Part shown: piece after piece, positions 1 through 7,244 of the stretch
How positions within the stretch are numbered: the stretch's first letter is position 1
Layout: every line of letters starts with the position of its first letter
From: Candidatus Saccharimonadales bacterium
GTDB lineage: Bacteria; Patescibacteriota; Saccharimonadia; Saccharimonadales; UBA10212
Assembly (NCBI GenBank): GCA_035717985.1
Contig: DASTHW010000014.1
Span: forward strand, 81,691-145,690
Direction of reading: 5' to 3'
DNA: 64,000 bases
Translations under genes and position numbers: made by a program
The notes under the pieces: generated by a model
Database searches by the model: none
The model's input: only the letters and a program-made list of their open reading frames with translations
Told to the model about the DNA's origin: nothing

Positions 1-954
1 GAACTGTCTTGGGCGCGGGCTGAATATCTAAACCACCCGGCCTACGCTGTTTATAAAACTCGTCTAGAACATTTAATTGATAAGTCGGATGAGTATGCAT
101 GGGAGTTGGGTAGTATAGATTCTAGCGTAGACTCGACTAGTTTTGCGGCTATGAGCCCCGAAGAGCAGTTGGCTTTTTTCTTTATGGCCGGCCACCGCTT
201 GCAGGCGGAGCATAAGGTGGCAGTTCTATTGGCGGCTTTCAGCCGGGCAGTGCCCTGGCAAGACGTTCATACTCAGGCAATGCTGGCGCGCCAGACCAGC
301 GAGGAATATAAACATACCATCGGTGTTTACAATTTTTACAAAGACGTGATTGGCCTGGGCGACTTTGAACAGATGAAGCAAATGGCCGAGCAAAACGCCG
401 ACCAAGTCTCGACTAGCCTATACGGTCTACTCGAAAAATATATTAATGCACTCTCGGCTGAACCCAGCCTCCGCAATCTTATCGGTGCCTTTTTTGCTTA
501 CCACGTAGTGGCCGAGGGGGTAGTAGCGAGAGAATTCTCAAAGCTAACCGCCCAAAAGATGAGTCAAGATAACAAGTTCCCGGGCTTTTTGGATGGACAC
601 GCCAAAGTAGCACGCGACGAGAACCGGCATGTGGCCTTTGGCATGGCCTTTCTAAGGATGACTTATGAGATTTATCCGGAGCTGACCCGCCAGATTATTA
701 CCTCAGAGGCGCTAGAATTCAAGCAGGAAGTAGACCGGCAGTTGGTTAATGCCATAGAGGATAACCTTGGCGAGTTGACTCAGATCGGCTACGGCAAAAC
801 TCCCCAGGAAATTCACGCCTTAATTAATAAAGCCCTTGAGCGCAATCTCAGAGCTATCAGCCCAAAGCTGAGAGAAGAGTACCTGACGAGCCTTGATCCA
901 ATTGACCTAACCCAGAATGTTGACGGCCCGGGCAGTAACCAGCACGACCGTTAA
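1..954 (+). CDS. Ferritin-like di-iron carboxylate protein, ribonucleotide reductase R2 (beta subunit)-like; 5' end runs off the window
   Basis: Frame 1 is open from nt 1, with no stop upstream of the track start at 106, so the gene is cut by the window edge. R2-type ligand motifs are visible: SEEYKH (ExxH), AEGVVAREF, ARDENRHVAFG (ExxH). Confidence 0.7.
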   Translation, partial: ELSWARAEYLNHPAYAVYKTRLEHLIDKSDEYAWELGSIDSSVDSTSFAAMSPEEQLAFFFMAGHRLQAEHKVAVLLAAFSRAVPWQDVHTQAMLARQTSEEYKHTIGVYNFYKDVIGLGDFEQMKQMAEQNADQVSTSLYGLLEKYINALSAEPSLRNLIGAFFAYHVVAEGVVAREFSKLTAQKMSQDNKFPGFLDGHAKVARDENRHVAFGMAFLRMTYEIYPELTRQIITSEALEFKQEVDRQLVNAIEDNLGELTQIGYGKTPQEIHALINKALERNLRAISPKLREEYLTSLDPIDLTQNVDGPGSNQHDR

Positions 955-1548
955 CAGCGAAATCAAAGCCTGAACGCTCATTATGGCTTTAGTGAAATGG
1001 GTTAGCGGCATGGTATCAGTGGGGCTAAAGGCCGAGGCATTGGTAATCGAGAGATATAGATAATCAAAAAAAGTCGGCTCCCACTTTTCAATCCGCGTAA
1101 TCTCATCGGTCATGTTGGGAAACTGAAAGGCTGGTGCATGATCGTGCTTTTTAACCCCGGTTAGGCCAGGACTGTCCATCTCCCAATACCACAGCCCAAA
1201 AGCAATTATGTTGGTTATAAAAATGGCCATAGCCGCGGTAATTAACTGTTTGCCGGGCACCTGGCTACCGTTAAGCAGACCATCAATCACTAAAATTAAA
1301 GAGCTTAAATTGGCAATGGAGACGACTGCTATCAGTAAGATGGCGATACTGCGGTTAAAGCTTTTAAAGCTAATGTGGCGTTTGGGCGCCGTAATGCCGA
1401 TGCCGGCCACAAGGATAATTTCAATAACGGCCACCAGATATCGATTGGCTATTCTTAACTCTCCCGGGATAGTGAACTGCAAGATAATGGCCAGCAAAAA
1501 GACTAACTGAGCATGCCATAGTTCCTTGCGGCCAATCGGGTGAATCAT
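907..1548 (-). CDS. DUF1345-like integral membrane protein
   Basis: 213-aa ORF with multiple hydrophobic spans. The C-terminal FDYLYLSITNASAFSPTD-type motif is as I recall it for DUF1345. Its 3' end overlaps the convergent R2-like gene by 48 nt. Confidence 0.65.
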   Translation of the reverse strand: MIHPIGRKELWHAQLVFLLAIILQFTIPGELRIANRYLVAVIEIILVAGIGITAPKRHISFKSFNRSIAILLIAVVSIANLSSLILVIDGLLNGSQVPGKQLITAAMAIFITNIIAFGLWYWEMDSPGLTGVKKHDHAPAFQFPNMTDEITRIEKWEPTFFDYLYLSITNASAFSPTDTMPLTHFTKAIMSVQALISLLTVVLVTARAVNILG

Positions 1549-1762
1549 GACTTTCCTAAGTATAGCCGGCGTTGTTAATCAAAGCCAACGTTAGTATAAT
1601 TAACAGAGGTATTTAATAGAATTAAAAGTTTTTCAAACCAAGCAGTATGCTGTTTGAAAAACTTATGGAGGCGGGCCCGCGAAATTTTGCTGGAAGCAAA
1701 ATATTTGTGGGTCGAAATCCTTGGATTCGAACCTCGAGCACATTATAATTCGGGCGTTATAT

Positions 1763-1836
1763 TGGGGAATGGCCAAGCGGTAAGGCACTGGGTTCTGGTC
1801 CCAGGATCGGGGGTTCGAATCCCTCTTCCCCAGCCA
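1763..1836 (+). tRNA. tRNA-Gln (anticodon CUG), CCA encoded
   Basis: Cloverleaf built by hand. Acceptor TGGGGAA (1763-1769) pairs with TTCCCCA (1826-1832). D arm is GCC..GGC. Anticodon stem CTGGG/CCCAG carries loop TTCTGGT, with CTG at 1795-1797. T arm is GGGGG-TTCGAAT-CCCTC. Discriminator G is followed by CCA. Closely resembles E. coli tRNA-Gln. Confidence 0.92.
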
Positions 1837-1877
1837 AGCTGTTATAAATGATTAACAAAGTTGAGAAGGGGCTAGCT

Positions 1878-2321
1878 ATGAGCAGTGACAGCTACAGCCA
1901 GATTATTAAGACCAGCGCTGTGCCAAGCGTAGTAATTGACAGAATCAGCCAAGTATCAGAGTGGTGGGGAAGGAACTTTGAAGGCGAAGCCACGGAAGTG
2001 GGTAACGAGTTCACAGTTCGGTTCCAAAATGGAGATATGTACAAAATTAAGGTTGCCGAAATAGTGCCAAATAGAAAGGTTGTTTGGAATGTAATTACTG
2101 CTCACCAGACATGGGTAAAAGATCCAGCTGAGTGGGTCGGCACTAAAATAATTTGGGAAGTCAAAGAAGTGCCGGGAGGTACAGAAGTTCATTTTACTCA
2201 CGAGGGCTTAGTGCCTCAGTTGGAGTGTTTTGATCAGTGCGCCCAAGGCTGGGCTTATTTAATGAATCCAAGTTTCATGGAGTTACTTAACACCGGCAAA
2301 GGGCGGCCGCAGGCGGCTTAA
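1878..2321 (+). CDS. SRPBCC/AHSA1-like (START-fold) domain protein
   Basis: The ORF is open from 1848, but ATG 1878 follows a GAGAAGGGG ribosome-binding site and clears the tRNA. Sequence style (EWWGRNFEG...FTVRFQNGDMYKIKVAEIVPNRKVVW) is typical of the Aha1/SRPBCC family. Confidence 0.7.
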   Translation: MSSDSYSQIIKTSAVPSVVIDRISQVSEWWGRNFEGEATEVGNEFTVRFQNGDMYKIKVAEIVPNRKVVWNVITAHQTWVKDPAEWVGTKIIWEVKEVPGGTEVHFTHEGLVPQLECFDQCAQGWAYLMNPSFMELLNTGKGRPQAA

Positions 2322-2357
2322 AGCTAAAAGGTTCTAGACAGCGATACTAAAGCCGCT

Positions 2358-2954
2358 TTAATAGCTTTGGGCTTGTTTAAATAAAGCGGCCACTGCGTCG
2401 GGGTCTACCTTGGTCATAGACCATTCCAGCTGACAATTTTTAAGGTGATTTGCATAAATCTGCAGTATCTTACCGTTTGCCAAAGGCACACTGCCGCTCG
2501 GGATCTCACTAGGGTTATAGGGACTGGGCTTGGGTTCGAATTTAATCCGTATCACACTGCTACAGTCAAATTGGGTTTGAGACTGGGCGGCGCTTGCAGT
2601 CGAAAAAGTGCTGATAGACGCCTCGTCCAGCGGCCCATTGGGTTGTTTGTTAGTGCCGGCTACATAAGCGGTATCCGGGCTATAAACCAATGACGTACCC
2701 AAAGTGGTTAGGGGAAGCGATAAATTAATCTGCGGTAAATATATCTTTTTTTCGGAGGGTGATACGGTAACCGGCTGATAGGCTAAACCATTGTTGGCAG
2801 AAGTTATATTCTGGCTGAGGCTATCAATTTCTGAGTTATAGCGGGCGTCCATATTATTTTGACGGCCCCACAGCCAGCCGATTAAACCAAATTGCAGGGC
2901 CAGTATAATTACCAGCACTATAAGACCGCTGTTTTTTGTTACTACTTTTGCCAT
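2358..2954 (-). CDS. Hypothetical N-terminally membrane-anchored (probably exported) protein
   Basis: ORF on the minus strand. ATG at 2954 gives MAKVVTKNSGLIVLVIILALQFGLIGWLW, a single N-terminal TM/signal anchor, followed by a Ser/Thr/Pro-rich soluble part. No recognisable family. Confidence 0.55.
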   Translation of the reverse strand: MAKVVTKNSGLIVLVIILALQFGLIGWLWGRQNNMDARYNSEIDSLSQNITSANNGLAYQPVTVSPSEKKIYLPQINLSLPLTTLGTSLVYSPDTAYVAGTNKQPNGPLDEASISTFSTASAAQSQTQFDCSSVIRIKFEPKPSPYNPSEIPSGSVPLANGKILQIYANHLKNCQLEWSMTKVDPDAVAALFKQAQSY

Positions 2955-3053
2955 ATTTTTATTTGCTATTGACACCTGTATCTTAACACATTCGGTAGTT
3001 CGCAAAGAAAGAGAAGAGGCCTATTGACAAATTAAATTATTATTTCAATTATG

Positions 3054-3082
3054 TTGACTTAACACTAGTTATCAGCTATAAT
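3054..3082 (+). promoter_or_regulatory. Near-consensus sigma70-type promoter (TTGACT-N17-TATAAT)
   Basis: TTGACT at 3054-3059, a 17-nt spacer, TATAAT at 3077-3082. The first GTG codons of the downstream ORF are at 3086/3089, which implies a leaderless or nearly leaderless mRNA. Confidence 0.5.
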
Positions 3083-3085
3083 TTC

Positions 3086-3670
3086 GTGGTGACTTTTGAG
3101 CAAGAATTAAACGGTGGCGAGTCAATTACGGCCCGCAATAGCAGAATCAGGGCAGAGTTGGCCGGGGGCATGCTACCGGTTTTACCATTCGAGCTTATTT
3201 CTATCAACCATCAGCTGAGATTAGTCATGGCTGAACAAGATGAAATGGGCAAAGAGCTAGGAGAAGTAAACCATCAATCCTCTGAGACCTGGCATGATAA
3301 TTTTGCGGCTAATCAGATTGAGTGGCACTCCCGCGTAGTCAGTAACCGCGGGCGCCGGTTAGTGGATACTCTGGAGCGATCTATTGACGTTGGCTACCCT
3401 CCCGAGGGCGATGAAGTAACTATAGGTTCTCTCTTAGAATTTCGTATCACTGACGTAGTGGAGCGGGGAATACTGACTGGCTCGGTTCGCGAGGTAGATG
3501 AGACTCTCGAGCCGGTACTGCCTCAAGGTGTAGCTTTTATAACTATTCAAAGTCCGCTGGGCTCGGCCCTGCTAGGCGCAAAGGCTGGTGAAACGGTAGC
3601 CTACCAAGTAAATGGCAGGGAAAGAGCAGTAGATGTATTAACCGTAAGCCAGCTGGAATACCCAGACTAA
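3086..3670 (+). CDS. GreA/GreB-family transcript-cleavage factor homolog (Rnk-like)
   Basis: The C-terminal FKBP-like domain motif QSPLGSALLGAKAGETVAY matches SPLGKALLGKKVGD of GreA. The upstream helical part has an acidic tip, SETWHDNFAANQ. GTG start; the exact start is uncertain (see promoter). Confidence 0.75.
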   Translation: MVTFEQELNGGESITARNSRIRAELAGGMLPVLPFELISINHQLRLVMAEQDEMGKELGEVNHQSSETWHDNFAANQIEWHSRVVSNRGRRLVDTLERSIDVGYPPEGDEVTIGSLLEFRITDVVERGILTGSVREVDETLEPVLPQGVAFITIQSPLGSALLGAKAGETVAYQVNGRERAVDVLTVSQLEYPD

Positions 3671-3680
3671 TCTTTGGGCT

Positions 3681-4862
3681 CTAGATTTCTAATCTATCTT
3701 TAAAAAAATCCACCATGGATTCCTTCTCGGCCGCCCTAAAGGCTGATATCTCAGCCGGCAGGCCGCTAGCCAAAAAGTCGTCTAGCTCCATAACTAAGTC
3801 CATGCGCTGTATGCAGACGCCTACTAAATATTTGCCGTTTTGGTCAACGTAAAGCCTAAGGCCGTAAAAACCCTCTTCACATTTACCCTTAGCGTCGATT
3901 TCACATCCCGCGCAGACCGAATCAAACCTGGCAGGTCGGATTTGCTTGAATGATACTTTTGATCCGTCAGGAATCTGGTAGTCTATCCGAGCGTTAGAGC
4001 TACCGGCGGACAGTTTCGTTCTTAGCGGTTTGGCACCCAGACTGGCCAGTATTTCATAAATAGCGGCATAAGATTGCTCACCGTCGGCCAGAGAATTTAA
4101 TAGCCTGATGGACAGGTGTTCAAACTGATCCATTATTCCAGTCACCCTAGCTTCGTGGCCAAAGCCGGGCACTACGATATTAGCTACGGCCTCTATGCCG
4201 TGCTCGGCTATTTCGGCGATTGATTGATATAAAGAATCAATTTTTCGCTGAGCTAGATATGAGTTCTTGAATTTATCATGCTGAACTTTGCTTAAATCCG
4301 AGGCGGTAGTGCCAAAGACGCTAAAAATCACTTTGTCTAGACCGGCCTCAGCGCACCTTTCTAAAATCCGCGGATTCTCGCCATTGGAAGTCATTTTGAC
4401 GCTTAAGCCTAAATTCTTTGATGCCCGGATTATTTCCGGAAGCTTGGGGTGCAGAGTAGGCTCGCCGCCGGTAAGATGGAGCTCATCTAGGCCAATGACT
4501 GACTGTAGTTTGCTTAGAGCTGTTATAAAATCGGTGTCCGGTCCCATGCGGCCGGGGAGAAAGTTCACCCCGTTGGTAGCAGAGTATATTGACACTCGGC
4601 CAAGAGTGTTTTCAGGTGTTCTGCCGACCTCTGATAAGACCGGCGTACCCTCATTATGGCAAAACCAGCAGGTCATACCGCAGGCGTCAAGAATTTTGGG
4701 CCTCAGTGATCTATCTTCTGTAATAACAACTGGCACATCGTTCTCGGCCCGCCATAATTCTCTAGCAAAAGGGCTTAGTATTTCGGGATCTATCTTCCAG
4801 CTTTCCAGCGAGTAATCGATAGGCGGCGCCTGAGCGGCGGCCTCCATGCTAGACATGGCCAA
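3681..4862 (-). CDS. Radical SAM enzyme, MoaA-like architecture (N-terminal CX3CX2C plus C-terminal Cys cluster)
   Basis: CGMTCWFCHNEG is a CX3CX2C motif. LHLTGGEPTLHP and VKMTSNGE resemble MoaA GGEPLLR/TTNG. The C-terminal CAGCEIDAKGKC...GLRLYVDQNGKYLVGVC resembles the MoaA auxiliary-cluster/GTP-binding tail. ATG at 4856 (GAGG 6 nt upstream) is an alternative to TTG 4862. Either start overlaps the 3' end of the upstream kinase gene. Confidence 0.8.
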   Translation of the reverse strand: MAMSSMEAAAQAPPIDYSLESWKIDPEILSPFARELWRAENDVPVVITEDRSLRPKILDACGMTCWFCHNEGTPVLSEVGRTPENTLGRVSIYSATNGVNFLPGRMGPDTDFITALSKLQSVIGLDELHLTGGEPTLHPKLPEIIRASKNLGLSVKMTSNGENPRILERCAEAGLDKVIFSVFGTTASDLSKVQHDKFKNSYLAQRKIDSLYQSIAEIAEHGIEAVANIVVPGFGHEARVTGIMDQFEHLSIRLLNSLADGEQSYAAIYEILASLGAKPLRTKLSAGSSNARIDYQIPDGSKVSFKQIRPARFDSVCAGCEIDAKGKCEEGFYGLRLYVDQNGKYLVGVCIQRMDLVMELDDFLASGLPAEISAFRAAEKESMVDFFKDRLEI

Positions 4863-5439
4863 CCTCAGCTATCCTCAGGGCTTGATAAGTCGAGTAAATC
4901 TGTTCGGCAAATTCTTCCACTGTGCCCTCGTTACTGATAACTATATCTGCCATAGCCCGGATACCATCGATGTCTTGTTGACCGGGCGAGCCGCTATTTT
5001 CTCTGGCGTTAGCCCTCATAAAGTCAGCAAAACTTAAGCTTTCCGGTCTTGGCATAGCTTCTTGGCGCTCTAAATACCTGGCATACCGTACTAGCGGATC
5101 ATCACAGACTACCACCATTACAATTCCGCCGACGTTCTTTACTCTATGAGCCTCGGCCGGCGCATAAATCCCGCTTAAGGCTAATTTCTCAACCTCGCTG
5201 TGATTGGCCAAACAGTGATCAACCAGAAAGCTAGCACTCTTTTCCAGCCTCAGCTGGCTAGCAATCCTGGTCATAGTTTCTCGGTCCGGCAGGCCTAGAT
5301 TGTTGTCGGCTATGTATTTTCGGAGTTCGCTACTAACAGACACATGGGTGAACCCCAGCAGATTTTCAAAAATAGAGCCGGCTTTATCCTTGCCGCTAGC
5401 GGCGCCTCCAGCAATAGCGATCAGTTCCGAGGTAACCAT
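4849..5439 (-). CDS. P-loop nucleotide kinase, dNMP-kinase/dephospho-CoA-kinase-like
   Basis: Walker A at the N-terminus, IAIAGGAASGKDKAG (an SGKD-type P-loop as in phage-type dNMP kinases). Size is 196 aa. AAGGA ribosome-binding site 6 nt upstream of ATG 5439. The 3' end overlaps the radical SAM start. Confidence 0.65.
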   Translation of the reverse strand: MVTSELIAIAGGAASGKDKAGSIFENLLGFTHVSVSSELRKYIADNNLGLPDRETMTRIASQLRLEKSASFLVDHCLANHSEVEKLALSGIYAPAEAHRVKNVGGIVMVVVCDDPLVRYARYLERQEAMPRPESLSFADFMRANARENSGSPGQQDIDGIRAMADIVISNEGTVEEFAEQIYSTYQALRIAEVGHV

Positions 5440-5655
5440 TTTGCCATCCTTCTACGGGATACTAACCTCAACTTTTGCGGTCAGTATACCAGGGATTGCC
5501 TAGTTTAACAATAGTTATGTTTGTTTAGCAACTTTATGTTCTAAGAGAACCTAGCTAACTAGGTATAGGAGGGGCATTGTAGCATAGTTAATTTTAACAA
5601 TGCAAACTCTAGGGTATAACAATTACTTAAATGAAGCTGGTTTATACTTAGGACT

Positions 5656-6204
5656 ATGACAGCAAACGGCAAGCAGGCGCTTTTGGTCATGGACGTGCAG
5701 GTTGGCATTGTTGAGCGGATAGAAAATCAAAAGGCCTATCTAGCAAAACTTGAAGAGGTTACTAGCGCGGCCCGAAAGCGTCACATCACGGTCATTTGTG
5801 TAGTGGTGGGTTTTAGGCCAGGCTTTCCTGAAGTCAGCCCGGCTAATAAATCTTTTAGCGCGCTTAAGCAAAACATGTCTGGCCTGGTAGAGCCTAAGCC
5901 GGCTATCCAGCCTGCCAAGCAAGATATATTAGTTACCAAGCACCGGGTAAGTGCTTTTTCGGGCAGTGATTTAGATATGATTTTGCGGGCCCAGGGAATT
6001 GACAGTTTGATTTTATGCGGAATTGCTACCAGCGGGGTGGTGCTGTCGACCGTGCGAGAGGCGGCCGACAAGGATTTCCGGCTAACCGTTTTATCGGATC
6101 TTTGTGCTGATTTTGATGAGCAGGTTCATGATGTGCTGGTTACGAAAATTTTTCCGCGCCAAGCGGAGGTGCTCACCAGCCAGCAGTGGCTAGACCAAAA
6201 ATAG
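5656..6204 (+). CDS. Isochorismatase-family cysteine hydrolase
   Basis: LLVMDVQ near the N-terminus. VSAFSGSDLDMILRAQGIDSLILCGIATSGVVLSTVREA carries the catalytic Cys context typical of isochorismatase/nicotinamidase-like hydrolases. Confidence 0.85.
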   Translation: MTANGKQALLVMDVQVGIVERIENQKAYLAKLEEVTSAARKRHITVICVVVGFRPGFPEVSPANKSFSALKQNMSGLVEPKPAIQPAKQDILVTKHRVSAFSGSDLDMILRAQGIDSLILCGIATSGVVLSTVREAADKDFRLTVLSDLCADFDEQVHDVLVTKIFPRQAEVLTSQQWLDQK

Positions 6205-6263
6205 CCTAACATTGCTAAAAACCTTCTACGGTTGTACACTAGGCCAAAATAAGGAGTTAACCC

Positions 6264-7232
6264 GTGGCTCAAAAACCGGTCTTGGGAGTAGAAATCACGG
6301 GGTGGGGAAGTGCATTGCCAGAGAGAGCCGTCTCTAACGATGAGCTTATCAGCGAGTACGAGCTGGAATCTGATAATCAGTGGATACTAGAGCGGACTGG
6401 CATCGAAAGCCGCCACCTCTGCGGTCCGGATGAAAATGTAGTCACTCTGGGCGTATCGGCCGCGCGCCAAGCACTACAGTCTGCCAGCATAAATCCGCCG
6501 TATAAGCTAGATAAACTGTTTTTGGGTACGACTACTCCGTATTTGTCGGTGCCGGGAACTCACCCGTCAATTCAAGCCGGCTTAGGTGAGCAGGGTTGGG
6601 CGATTGCTAGCTCTAAAGAAAGCAATACCGCCTGCACCGGCTTCGTAACTTCGCTACTTGAGGCTTACCGCAACTTCCAGGTGGACGGCATTGAAAGCGC
6701 TGTGGTAATAGGCGCCGACACGCTGTGGGATATCACCGATGAAACCGACCGAAGTACGGCTATTTTATTTGCCGATGGTGCCGGCGCTGTGGTCATGGAA
6801 GGTACCGAACAGCAAAGCGGCCTGCTGGGTTGGCACGAGGAAACTGACGGCAATTTAGTAGACATTCTTTACTGCCGCCCTGGTGAAAAAATTCAAATGT
6901 ACGGCCGCGAAGTGTTCAAGCACGCCGTTCACGCTATGGAGCGGGCCGGTTCTATCGCTCTAGCGAATGCCGGCCTCGAGGCTAAAGAGCTGACGTTAAC
7001 CGTGCCGCACCAAGCCAACGTGCGGATTATTGAATCAGCCGCCAAAAGACTCGGTGTTGATATGGCAAACGTAGCAGTAACATTGCCACACCACGGCAAC
7101 ACATCCTCGGCATCGATACCGATGGCACTGGCCGAATCACTGGACGCAGGTAAGATCGAACGTGGCGAGAGATTACTGTTAGTCGGCTTTGGTGCCGGAA
7201 TGACGGCCGCCGCCGCCGTAATAGAATGGTAG
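6264..7232 (+). CDS. fabH: 3-oxoacyl-ACP synthase III (FabH-like KAS III)
   Basis: GTG start preceded by AAGGAG. Catalytic triad contexts are present: NTACTGF (Cys), PHQANVRII (His), GNTSSASIP (Asn). Confidence 0.85.
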   Translation: MAQKPVLGVEITGWGSALPERAVSNDELISEYELESDNQWILERTGIESRHLCGPDENVVTLGVSAARQALQSASINPPYKLDKLFLGTTTPYLSVPGTHPSIQAGLGEQGWAIASSKESNTACTGFVTSLLEAYRNFQVDGIESAVVIGADTLWDITDETDRSTAILFADGAGAVVMEGTEQQSGLLGWHEETDGNLVDILYCRPGEKIQMYGREVFKHAVHAMERAGSIALANAGLEAKELTLTVPHQANVRIIESAAKRLGVDMANVAVTLPHHGNTSSASIPMALAESLDAGKIERGERLLLVGFGAGMTAAAAVIEW

Positions 7233-7244
7233 GAGGAAAAAGCC

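Noticed and set aside
1660-1745. A second tRNA (tRNA-Ser-like anticodon loop CTGGAAG and T-loop-like boxes)
   Set aside because: I could not find a pairing acceptor stem or a T-arm with a 5-bp stem on either strand. It is only reported as a low-interest hairpin.
1654-1851. 65-aa ORF across the tRNA region
   Set aside because: It overlaps the well-supported tRNA-Gln gene and an upstream hairpin. There is no ribosome-binding site. It is an artefact.
4288-4815. 175-aa plus-strand ORF antisense to the radical SAM gene. Similar long antisense ORFs include 6929-7369, 7388-7921, 17109-17654, 23676-24131, 42566-43018, 46612-47085, 53793-54194 and 61346-61744.
   Set aside because: Each lies fully inside a gene with strong family motifs on the opposite strand, and they have low-complexity Ser/Arg/Pro-rich translations. 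They are shadow ORFs.
3681-4862. Direct annotation of the radical SAM enzyme as a prokaryotic viperin, or as genuine MoaA
   Set aside because: The viperin-type CNxxCxYC context and C-terminal viperin motifs are not evident. The MoaA call is also unsafe without Moco pathway context. It is kept as MoaA-like radical SAM.
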